Below, one piece after another: positions 54,430 through 62,619 of a DNA stretch of 64,000 nucleotides; position 1 is the first letter of the stretch; each line of letters opens with the position of its first letter. The position numbers and the translations under genes are program-made. The notes below the pieces were generated by a model. The model did not search any database, was not told the DNA's origin, and saw only the letters and a program-made list of their open reading frames with translations. The DNA comes from Gemmatimonadaceae bacterium (GTDB taxonomy: Bacteria > Gemmatimonadota > Gemmatimonadetes > Gemmatimonadales > Gemmatimonadaceae). The stretch lies in assembly GCA_031421995.1 (NCBI GenBank), contig JANOPS010000127.1, forward strand, positions 2,326-66,325, written 5' to 3'.

Positions 54430-54761
54430 TCGACGCGATTGGAGGGCTCACCGCACCGCCATCACGAGCCGAAGCACGTCATTCGTCCCTCAAGAAGGCC
54501 TCCGAGCAGTTGGAAGGCATGTTCGTGCAGCAACTGTACAAGGCCATGCGCGACACCGTTCCACAGCAGGAAGGAATCGTTTCAGGCGGAGCCGGTGAAG
54601 ATATTTTCACCGGACTACTGGATCAGCACCTTGCTGCCGAGACTCCCAAGCATTGGCAGACCGGACTGTCTGACGCGCTCTATCGTCAACTCAGCCGCGG
54701 CATGCCATCCGACATTCCCCAGGCGGCGGCCGCGCCGACCATAGACACTCCCGCACTCTGA
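54426..54761 (+). CDS. flgJ: Rod-cap protein FlgJ, rod-binding domain only (no muramidase)
   Basis: LKKASEQLEGMFVQQLYKAMRDT...DIFTGLLDQHLA...GLSDALYRQL; 111 aa. Confidence 0.88.
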   Translation: MIDAIGGLTAPPSRAEARHSSLKKASEQLEGMFVQQLYKAMRDTVPQQEGIVSGGAGEDIFTGLLDQHLAAETPKHWQTGLSDALYRQLSRGMPSDIPQAAAAPTIDTPAL

Positions 54762-55303
54762 TGTCGCTGACCTTGCTTACTCCAGTCTCACCACCGCGCT
54801 TCACGTTACCGACCGCCTCGCTGCTGGAAGCGTTGCACGACGCGTTGATCAGCGAGCGGCGGTTGCTCGATGAGTTGGTGGCGCAGATGCGCCGCCAACG
54901 CGCCGCCGTGGGCGCCGACGACATCAATGGCGTTGACGACACGACCTTCGTGACCCACCGCGTGCTGGCCACGCTGGGCCAAGCGCGCCAACGTCGACGT
55001 CAGCTCAACATGCTCCTTACCGGCAGCGAAGACTGCACGCTGCGCGATCTCGAAGAGCAACTGGGCGACCAGGTGGATCCCCGGCTGCGGGATGCGCGCA
55101 TGCGTCTGCAGCAGTCGGCCGATGTCCTCACCCGCGAGGTCGGGATGAATCGCAAGCTGTTGCGCGAGGCGCTGTCGTCGAACGACAAGCAAATCCGGAC
55201 GCTGGTTGGTGGCCCGACGACCACGTCGACGTACAACACAGAGCCGTCGAATCTGGCCATCCCCGAGGCGCCACGCGGCCGCCTCGTCAACCGGACCGTC
55301 TGA
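54761..55303 (+). CDS. flgN: FlgK/FlgL export chaperone FlgN
   Basis: Helical protein directly before flgK; LLDELVAQMRRQRAAV...NRKLLREAL. Confidence 0.8.
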   Translation: MSLTLLTPVSPPRFTLPTASLLEALHDALISERRLLDELVAQMRRQRAAVGADDINGVDDTTFVTHRVLATLGQARQRRRQLNMLLTGSEDCTLRDLEEQLGDQVDPRLRDARMRLQQSADVLTREVGMNRKLLREALSSNDKQIRTLVGGPTTTSTYNTEPSNLAIPEAPRGRLVNRTV

Positions 55304-55305
55304 CC

Positions 55306-56754
55306 ATGAGCTCCGGCATCTTCAGCGTTGCGCGAAGTGCGCTCGTCACCCATCAGGCGGCAATGCAGACCATCTCGCAGAATATCGCGAACGCGGAGAC
55401 GCCGGGCTATTCCCGTCAGGAAGCGCAACTCGTGGCGAATACCCCCGTGAAGCTCCCCTTCGGCATGGTGGGTACCGGCGTCAGTGTCAGCACGATCATT
55501 CGCAAACGCGACGTGCTGCTCGACGAGACGTTTCGCGCGGCCCAGGTGCAAACCGGAGAGATGGAACTTCGTGGCAATCTGCTGGGCCAGATGGAAGGGG
55601 TATTCGGTGAGCCCACCGATGCCGGCATGTCGAACGCCCTCGATCAGTTCTGGAATTCGTGGAGCGACCTTTCGTCCAATCCCAGCAGCAGCGCCGCTCG
55701 TGGCGTGGTACAGCAACGCGGACGACAGGTCGCGCAGCTCTTCAACAGTTATGACACGCAGTTGACCCAACAGCGCACGGACTCGATGGAGCGCTTGTCG
55801 GGGACGGTTGCGCAAATCAACGCCTACGCCACACAGATCGCTGGTCTGAACACGCGCATCCTGGCATCTGAGTCTGGAGGGGCGCCGGCCAACGACCTGC
55901 GCGACAAACGGGATATGGCGTTGGATAGCCTCGCCCGCATCGCCGGGACGCGCGTGATCAATCAGGCAAACGGCACAGTATCCGTCGTGATCGGCAATTC
56001 CACGCTGGTTGACGGAGACAGCGCTCGTCCACTGTCGATTCAGCTCGAAATCCCCACGCCGCCGCCGACGGTCACGCCCAGTGACACCGCCGTGCGTATT
56101 CGGCTTGGCGAGTCGCCCGACAAGTTGCAGCCGCTTGCCGGCGAGCTGAAGGCGATCGTTGACAATCTGAATACGAATATCCCCGGCTTGCGCGGACGGC
56201 TCGACGCGATGGCGTCGTCGTTGGCGACGACCGTGAACGCCGCGCATACGGCAGGCTACACGTTCGTTGGCGCGACGATTCCCGGTACCACGGCGGGTAA
56301 TTTCTTTGACGCTGGGACGCTCGCCAGCCCCGTCCGGGGAAGCACCCTGCGACTGGACTCGATCGTTGCAGCGGACGCCACCAAGATTGCGGCGAGTGAC
56401 GACGCCAACGCGCCAACCGACAATGCCGTCGCACGCGCCATGAGCGGATTACGGAGCAGTAGCGGCTCGGTGACATACACCTCACCCGCCGGCGTGGTCG
56501 AGACCAACAGCTTTCTGGGCTTCTTCCGCAATACCGTCACCACGCTCGGCATCGATGTGCGAGGGGCGCAGGATGACGCCTCGGTGTATCGGACGTTGTC
56601 TGAGCAGAGCGAGGCGCGCCGCCAGTCGGTCAGCGGTGTGAGCACCGACGAAGAACTCGTGCAGATGCTGCGCGTCCAGCAATCATATACCGCCGCAACC
56701 AAGCTGATTCGAGTGGCGGATGAGATGCTGCAAACACTGCTCCAACTGATCTGA
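55306..56754 (+). CDS. flgK: Hook-filament junction protein FlgK (HAP1)
   Basis: ISQNIANAETPGYSRQ, NDLRDKRD, SVSGVSTDEELVQML..QQSYTAATK. Confidence 0.95.
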   Translation: MSSGIFSVARSALVTHQAAMQTISQNIANAETPGYSRQEAQLVANTPVKLPFGMVGTGVSVSTIIRKRDVLLDETFRAAQVQTGEMELRGNLLGQMEGVFGEPTDAGMSNALDQFWNSWSDLSSNPSSSAARGVVQQRGRQVAQLFNSYDTQLTQQRTDSMERLSGTVAQINAYATQIAGLNTRILASESGGAPANDLRDKRDMALDSLARIAGTRVINQANGTVSVVIGNSTLVDGDSARPLSIQLEIPTPPPTVTPSDTAVRIRLGESPDKLQPLAGELKAIVDNLNTNIPGLRGRLDAMASSLATTVNAAHTAGYTFVGATIPGTTAGNFFDAGTLASPVRGSTLRLDSIVAADATKIAASDDANAPTDNAVARAMSGLRSSSGSVTYTSPAGVVETNSFLGFFRNTVTTLGIDVRGAQDDASVYRTLSEQSEARRQSVSGVSTDEELVQMLRVQQSYTAATKLIRVADEMLQTLLQLI

Positions 56755-56760
56755 TTTCTG

Positions 56761-57078
56761 ATGCTTATTCTCGGACGCCGTGAAGGCGAGTCTATCCTGA
56801 TTGAAGGCGGTATTCGTATCGTGGTCGTCGCCTGTGAACGTGGCGGCGTCCGCATCGGTATCGAAGCTCCACCGGATGTGAAGATTCTGCGCGGGGAGAT
56901 CGCCGACAAGGTCGCGCTGGAAAACCAGCGCGCGACGGCGGCGTCTGCCTCGTCGCCGTTGCTGGCCTCGTTGCTCGGCCCGGCCGCACGTGCCGTTTCG
57001 ATACCATCTGCAGCGTCAGACGCGGCGCATCCCGCACCGGCCGACGCGGGACACACGTCAACCTCGTGCCCGCTGTGA
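56761..57078 (+). CDS. csrA: Carbon storage regulator CsrA with a C-terminal extension
   Basis: MLILGRREGESILI...VRIGIEAPPDVKILRGEI followed by a helical tail. Confidence 0.93.
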   Translation: MLILGRREGESILIEGGIRIVVVACERGGVRIGIEAPPDVKILRGEIADKVALENQRATAASASSPLLASLLGPAARAVSIPSAASDAAHPAPADAGHTSTSCPL

Positions 57079-57083
57079 CCTCG

Positions 57084-57752
57084 CTACGGGCGTTGGGCGC
57101 GGCGCGCCGCCTGCAACGTGGGCAGCGCGACGGTCATGCGACCCGGCTCACCGGTCGCGTCGCCGCCGCTGGACGCCAACAGCCATCGTACCGCCGCGAC
57201 ATCGTCGGCAATCGCCTGCTCCAGCGCGGGCACGTCAGACTCGCCAGCCGAGTGGGCCGTGACGATGAGGCGCACCCACTCCGTGTCGCACGCGATGCGC
57301 ACGACCACCCGTCCATGCGATCCGGCCGCGCGCTGCGCAGCCGCGATCGCGACCGTCAACGCCAGAATTGTGCTGACGGGATCCACGTAGGCCGGCTGCA
57401 GATCACCATCGAGCGCTGTATCAATGGCGATGTCGCCGAGCTCCGGATGGTATCGGAGCAGCGCGCACGCCTGCGCCGTCATATCAGTGGGCACCACCGG
57501 CTCGTTCGCGGCATCAGCCCGTCGGGGAAGCAAGCGCAAGAGTTGCAGCTGTCCATCGAGCTGGTCGCTTTCGTCGCGCAGCGTCACGGCGGCGCTTGCC
57601 ACCGTTTCGGGCATCGATCCCAGCAGATACGATGCCGCCGCAATGGTTCCCACGCGATTGCTCAGCGCATGTGTCAGCCCGCGCAACAGATCGTCATGTA
57701 CGGTGAGCCAACGGGCGCTGCCCGATCGCTCGTCGCTTACTGATTCGTCCAC
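57084..57752 (-). CDS. Histidine kinase-fold protein with an H-box but degenerate ATP-binding domain (phosphotransferase-like)
   Basis: LLRGLTHALSNRVGTI H-box-like helix; no recognisable N, G1 or G2 boxes; SD GAGGTG before the GTG. Confidence 0.6.
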   Translation of the reverse strand: MDESVSDERSGSARWLTVHDDLLRGLTHALSNRVGTIAAASYLLGSMPETVASAAVTLRDESDQLDGQLQLLRLLPRRADAANEPVVPTDMTAQACALLRYHPELGDIAIDTALDGDLQPAYVDPVSTILALTVAIAAAQRAAGSHGRVVVRIACDTEWVRLIVTAHSAGESDVPALEQAIADDVAAVRWLLASSGGDATGEPGRMTVALPTLQAARRAQRP

Positions 57753-57773
57753 TTACACCTCAGGATCCGCTGC

Positions 57774-58631
57774 GTGTTTGTCATTATTGGTCTCGTTATC
57801 GTCATGGGCTCGGTGATTGGTGGCTATGTCATGCACCATGGCCAGATCGCGGTACTGATCCAACCCAACGAATTCCTGATTCTTGGCGGCGCTGGACTCG
57901 GTTCGATGATTATTGCGAATCCACCAGCAGTCCTCAAAGCCAGTCTCGCCCAGACGATGGGACTGCTGAAGCCGAATCCCTACGGGGCCAAGGCCTACGC
58001 CGAACTCCTGCAGGTACTCTACGAGATCTTCCAGAAGGCGCGCAAGGACGGCTTGGTCGGACTCGAAGCACACATCGAGAATCCGGAAGGTAGCGACATC
58101 TTTCAGAAGTATCCGTCGTTCAGCAAAAACCATCATGCGGTGTCGCTCCTCTGCGATACCCTCAAGGTGCTGCTCACCGGAACCGTGGAAGATCACAACC
58201 TCGCGGATATCCTTGACGTCGATCTCGAGAAACATCACCACGAAGCGATGTTAGTGCCCCACGCCGTCACGGCCGTTGGCGATGCGATGCCTGGCTTCGG
58301 GATCGTCGCCGCCGTACTCGGCGTCATCATCACCATGGGGTCCATCGGCGGCGCGGCGTCGGAGATCGGTGAAAAGGTGGCCGCGGCACTCGTCGGAACA
58401 TTCCTTGGCATCTTGCTGGCGTACGGCGTCTTTGGCCCAGTCGCCAAGGCCATGGAAATGCGCATCCACGCCGAGCACGACTACATGTTGTGCATCCGCA
58501 CCGCGTTGCTGTCCTTTGCCCGCGGCGATGCGCCGATGACCGCCGTCGAGTTCTCTCGCCGCAATATCGAACCGCACGAACGGCCCAGCTTTACCGAGCT
58601 GGAAGAACTGACACGCAAAAAGGCAGCGTAA
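57774..58631 (+). CDS. motA: Flagellar stator protein MotA
   Basis: ARKDGLVGLE, DAMPGFGIVAAVLG, AAALVGTFLGILLAYG. Confidence 0.96.
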   Translation: MFVIIGLVIVMGSVIGGYVMHHGQIAVLIQPNEFLILGGAGLGSMIIANPPAVLKASLAQTMGLLKPNPYGAKAYAELLQVLYEIFQKARKDGLVGLEAHIENPEGSDIFQKYPSFSKNHHAVSLLCDTLKVLLTGTVEDHNLADILDVDLEKHHHEAMLVPHAVTAVGDAMPGFGIVAAVLGVIITMGSIGGAASEIGEKVAAALVGTFLGILLAYGVFGPVAKAMEMRIHAEHDYMLCIRTALLSFARGDAPMTAVEFSRRNIEPHERPSFTELEELTRKKAA

Positions 58632-58634
58632 ACC

Positions 58635-59540
58635 ATGGCCGCGCGCGCCGGAAAGAAGATCGTCGTCGTCAAGAAAGTCATCAAAGGTGGCGGTGGCCAC
58701 CATGGCGGCTCATGGAAGGTGGCCTACGCCGACTTCGTCACCGCCATGATGGCCTTCTTCATGGTGATGTGGATCCTTGGCATGGACGAGAAGTCCAAGC
58801 AGGCTATCGAGGGCTACTTCGCGAATCCGGTTGGCTACAAGAAGGGCTACGGCTCCGGCGCAAGCCCTCTCTCGACCGGCTCCACACCCTCCAGCGTGCA
58901 GAAGACACAGCTGCGTATGCTGATGCGCTCCACCGAACAGCGCACGTTTGAAGAGTTGAAGACCGCGATCCTCGGTAAGCTTGCAGCCAGCGATTCCCTC
59001 AAACGCCTTAACGCAGTGGTGGATGTGCAGGTCACAGCCCAGGGACTGCGCATTGAGCTGGTCGAGTCCGGCGCTGGTGACATCTACTTCCCGCTCGGCT
59101 CCGCCAAAATGAAATCGGCAACCATGCTTGCGCTCCAACTCGTTGGCCCAGAACTCGCCAGTTTGCAGCACCCCGTGGTGATCGAAGGCCACACCGATGG
59201 TGCGAAGTTTGGCGCCGAGGGTGGCTATGGCAACTGGGAACTTTCAGCCGATCGTGCGAATGCCGCACGTCGCGTGCTGGAATCCGTTGGCGTGACCGGC
59301 GGGCGGATTGTCGGCGTGAATGGACTGGCGGACACGCGCCCGCGTGTGCCTTCTGATCCCCTTGCCGCGGCAAACCGGCGCATTTCGATTTTGTTGCCCT
59401 TCAGCACCGTGCCCAACGACGACACGAACGCCGAGGACATGGCCACCACCAAACGCGACTCATTGGTCTCGAGCATCGGCAAGTCATTGCCGCAGACGAA
59501 ATCGGTTAACCTGCCCGCGTCGGCTTTACCGCCACGCTAA
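58635..59540 (+). CDS. motB: Flagellar stator protein MotB
   Basis: HHGGSWKVAYADFVTAMMAFF with the conserved Asp; OmpA-like IEGHTD...NWELSADRANAAR...NRRISI. Confidence 0.96.
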   Translation: MAARAGKKIVVVKKVIKGGGGHHGGSWKVAYADFVTAMMAFFMVMWILGMDEKSKQAIEGYFANPVGYKKGYGSGASPLSTGSTPSSVQKTQLRMLMRSTEQRTFEELKTAILGKLAASDSLKRLNAVVDVQVTAQGLRIELVESGAGDIYFPLGSAKMKSATMLALQLVGPELASLQHPVVIEGHTDGAKFGAEGGYGNWELSADRANAARRVLESVGVTGGRIVGVNGLADTRPRVPSDPLAAANRRISILLPFSTVPNDDTNAEDMATTKRDSLVSSIGKSLPQTKSVNLPASALPPR

Positions 59541-60780
59541 CCAATCGTGCGTTCGCCCACGCAATCGCATCGCTATACGCATTCGTGAGTGCGAGGGCCA
59601 TCGGACCCGACCGGGCCCGGTCGACATCGTCCCACCGCGCCGCTTCGAACGCACACGCAAGCGCAAGGCACTCTGCATGGGGACCGGTACCATCCAACAG
59701 TGCGTCCCGTACGTCCGCATGCACGGGCAACTGCGCGAGAACGTGCGCCATAGGTTGACCCAGCAGCGCATCAATGCGTGACAACAGGCCCACCAAGAAG
59801 CGCGCGCCGGAGTCTCCCGAGCCGTCGTGCTCGGTGACCAGTTCGCAGAATCGCCCTCGCACCATCGCCTGCATCACCACTTCGTTCGCCACGGGACTCT
59901 GCGCCGCGACCGACGCCACCAGCAACACCATCAGCCATCGCGCCAGCGCATCGCGCCCAACCAGGCGAATGGCATGAGTGATGGACGACACGGCCCGCGC
60001 GCCAAATGATGCCGAGTTGACGATGCGCAGCAATGCGAATGACAGCGAGGGATGCGAGCGAAACGCATCCTCCAGCTGTGCATCGGTGATCGCCGCGTTG
60101 CCGAGGAGTCCCATGATGTTGACCATCGTGGTCTGCTGCATGGTGATCGCGCGACCATCCATGGTTTCCGGCCGACTGAACACGTATCCCTGAAACAAGC
60201 TGCAGCCGAGATCACGACAGGTCCGGTGGACGTCGACCGTTTCGACGCGCTCTGCCAACACCGTCAGGCCTCGCTCACACAACCGCGAGACGACCGGCGC
60301 CAGCTGCTCGGCAGTTTGATGCAGGACGTCGAGCTTGACGATCTTCACGAACGGCAGCAGCACATCGAGCGACGGCCGAGCGTCATAGTCGTCGAGGGCC
60401 AGCGTGTACCCCGCCGCGACAGCACGTGCGCAGCCCGCCACCACCTCGTCATCCCCATCGATCGACTCCAGCAGCTCCAGCACCACGGTTGAGGGGTCAA
60501 ACACGCGATACAGCTCCGCGAGCAAATGATCGCGCGTGATATTTACGAACGCCGAGACGCCGCCGGTGAGACGATCGAGACCGATCGACACGACCGAGTG
60601 CAGCGCCGTGTCGCTGGACGTGACATCGGTCGCGATCTGCCCTGACCCTGTCGCGGAGGCCGAGTCACGATAGAGCAATTCATAGGCGACGCATCGATTC
60701 GACACATCGAAGATCGGATGTCGCGCGACGTAGACCACCTGCGTTGACGCGTCCAGACTCTGCAGCTCTATTGTTGTCAT
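59506..60780 (-). CDS. EAL-HDOD protein (YuxH/PdeH/CdgJ-like c-di-GMP phosphodiesterase)
   Basis: YVARHPIFD, YELLYR, LALDDY, VKLDV, LAERVET, FQGYVFSRP, then HDOD LSFALLRIVNSA...AIRLVG. Confidence 0.88.
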   Translation of the reverse strand: MTTIELQSLDASTQVVYVARHPIFDVSNRCVAYELLYRDSASATGSGQIATDVTSSDTALHSVVSIGLDRLTGGVSAFVNITRDHLLAELYRVFDPSTVVLELLESIDGDDEVVAGCARAVAAGYTLALDDYDARPSLDVLLPFVKIVKLDVLHQTAEQLAPVVSRLCERGLTVLAERVETVDVHRTCRDLGCSLFQGYVFSRPETMDGRAITMQQTTMVNIMGLLGNAAITDAQLEDAFRSHPSLSFALLRIVNSASFGARAVSSITHAIRLVGRDALARWLMVLLVASVAAQSPVANEVVMQAMVRGRFCELVTEHDGSGDSGARFLVGLLSRIDALLGQPMAHVLAQLPVHADVRDALLDGTGPHAECLALACAFEAARWDDVDRARSGPMALALTNAYSDAIAWANARLVSVAVKPTRAG

Positions 60781-60886
60781 CGACCCTGAACGGAACGCCG
60801 GTGGGTGTGCCGGCGTAGTCATATAGTATGGGCGGGTCCGTGATCATCTACGAAGACCGCATTCTTTAGCGAGTATCGACCGCACC

Positions 60887-61879
60887 GTGCCACAACTGTC
60901 GTCGTTCTTCGAAGTTCGCCGAATCCTGGTCTGTGGCCTGTCGCTGTTCGCGGTCGGCGCGGGCACGGCCTGCGATCGGAGCAACCGCGTGGCGTCGACA
61001 GACTCGCTGCTCATGCGAGACTTGACGCTGGCCGGAAGCTCGGCGGCCCCTGCGACTACGCCGTCGCTGGGCGACACCGCCACAACAATACCTGCTGCGC
61101 GAGCGCCCCTACCCCCACCGCTGTCGGTCTCCACTAAGAAGGCCACCTCGGCACCGTCACCGCCGACGACGCCGTCGCGGGTCGCGGCGCGCCCGACACA
61201 GCAAGTCGCGCCGACCAGCGCGCCCAGCCCCGTTGTCGCCGAGCCAGCTCCGCAAACCGCCCCTGCGCCCGTCCTCACGCCAGCCACGACGGTCGATCGT
61301 GTCGGCGCAGGCGCCGGCACCCAATCCGACGGCGCAGATGGCGCGGCGGCTGGCACCACATCCAGGGGCGCGATCGGCGTCGGCTCGACGCTGACCGGAA
61401 AAACAGGGTCGCAAATTTGTTCGCTGGCAAACCGTCCTGGAGACAGGCTCGTTGCCAATCTCGCGGCCGAGATGATCGCGTCGGATGGGTCTCGCTTGGC
61501 GGCAGGCACGCCAATCTTGATCGAGATGGCAGCGCCGGCCACGCCGGGGGACTTTGCCTTCCGCGTCAAAGCGGTGCAGGTTGACGGCGTGCTCATTCCT
61601 GTTCAGGGCACGGTGGTGATTGAAGGCGTGACATCGGAGCGGCGCGTGTCCAAGGGCGGCGATCAAGGCAAAGTGATCACCGGCGCCATCGCTGGTGCGA
61701 TTCTCGGTCGGGTCTTGGGCGGCGGAACCAAGGGCGCCGTGATTGGCGCAGCAGGCGGTGCAGCTGCTGGTACGGCAGCGGCCGCGCGAAACAGTGTCAC
61801 TGAGCGCTGCCTTCCGGCCGGTGCAACGGTTACCGTCACTCTGTCCGCACCGCTTGTGCTCTCTCCCGGAGTGCTGTGA
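60887..61879 (+). CDS. Hypothetical lipoprotein with a P/T-rich linker and glycine-zipper region
   Basis: Signal peptide ending AGTAC; GAIAGAILGRVLGGG.KGAVIGAAGGAAAG. Confidence 0.7.
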   Translation: MPQLSSFFEVRRILVCGLSLFAVGAGTACDRSNRVASTDSLLMRDLTLAGSSAAPATTPSLGDTATTIPAARAPLPPPLSVSTKKATSAPSPPTTPSRVAARPTQQVAPTSAPSPVVAEPAPQTAPAPVLTPATTVDRVGAGAGTQSDGADGAAAGTTSRGAIGVGSTLTGKTGSQICSLANRPGDRLVANLAAEMIASDGSRLAAGTPILIEMAAPATPGDFAFRVKAVQVDGVLIPVQGTVVIEGVTSERRVSKGGDQGKVITGAIAGAILGRVLGGGTKGAVIGAAGGAAAGTAAAARNSVTERCLPAGATVTVTLSAPLVLSPGVL

Positions 61880-62619
61880 TCGAAGTTGAGCAATACACAA
61901 AAGTGTACGGCGACATGGTGGCCGTGAACGGCTTGTCGTTTACCGTGCCCGCTGGCGATGTCGTGGGCTTGGTTGGCCCCAATGGCGCCGGGAAGACGAC
62001 GACGCTGCGTGCGTTGGCCGGGATTCTCCAACCCACGTCGGGCAGCATTCGCATTGGCGGGATCGATCTCAAGACCCATCCCGTCGACGCCAAGGCCAAA
62101 CTCGCGTTCATTCCTGATGAGCCGCAGCTGTTTGATTACCTCACGGTGACCGAGCATTTGCAATTTGTGGCGCGACTCTATCGTGTGGCCGACGCCGCGC
62201 CGCGCATTCCGCTGTTGCTTGAAGAACTCGAGCTCACGCCCAAGAAAGACGCGTTGCCGCCCGAACTCTCGCGCGGCATGAAGCAAAAACTGGCCATCGC
62301 CTGCGGACTGCTGCATCGCCCAAGCGCCGTCTTACTCGACGAACCGCTCACCGGGCTGGATCCCGTCGGCATTCGCCGTATGAAGGAGACGATTCTGGCG
62401 CGTGCGCGCGAGGGCGCCGCGGTCGTGCTCAGCTCACATCTGCTGCACTTGGTCGAAGAGCTGTGCACGCGCATTCTCGTCATCCGGAAGGGCGAAGCGG
62501 TCGCCTTTGGTACGATTGGCGAGATCGTCGCCGCACACCCGCACTTGGCTGGCCGGTCGCTCGAGGAGATGTTCATCGCCCTCACCGGCGATGGCGGCAC
62601 CGAATCGATCACGGCGTGA
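61876..62619 (+). CDS. ABC transporter ATP-binding protein
   Basis: GPNGAGKTT, LSRGMKQK, LLDEPLTGLD, SSH. Confidence 0.93.
   Translation: MIEVEQYTKVYGDMVAVNGLSFTVPAGDVVGLVGPNGAGKTTTLRALAGILQPTSGSIRIGGIDLKTHPVDAKAKLAFIPDEPQLFDYLTVTEHLQFVARLYRVADAAPRIPLLLEELELTPKKDALPPELSRGMKQKLAIACGLLHRPSAVLLDEPLTGLDPVGIRRMKETILARAREGAAVVLSSHLLHLVEELCTRILVIRKGEAVAFGTIGEIVAAHPHLAGRSLEEMFIALTGDGGTESITA

Noticed and set aside
55000-56247. Long opposite-strand ORFs (also 13367-14719, 14305-15546, 43115-44461, 11109-12170 and many others)
   Set aside because: Shadow frames of well-supported genes in high-GC DNA; Arg/Ala-rich translations with no family motifs.
59608-59623. 16-bp perfect palindrome CGACCGGGCCCGGTCG
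   Set aside because: Inside a coding region, almost all G/C, with no second copy or regulatory context; plausibly chance.
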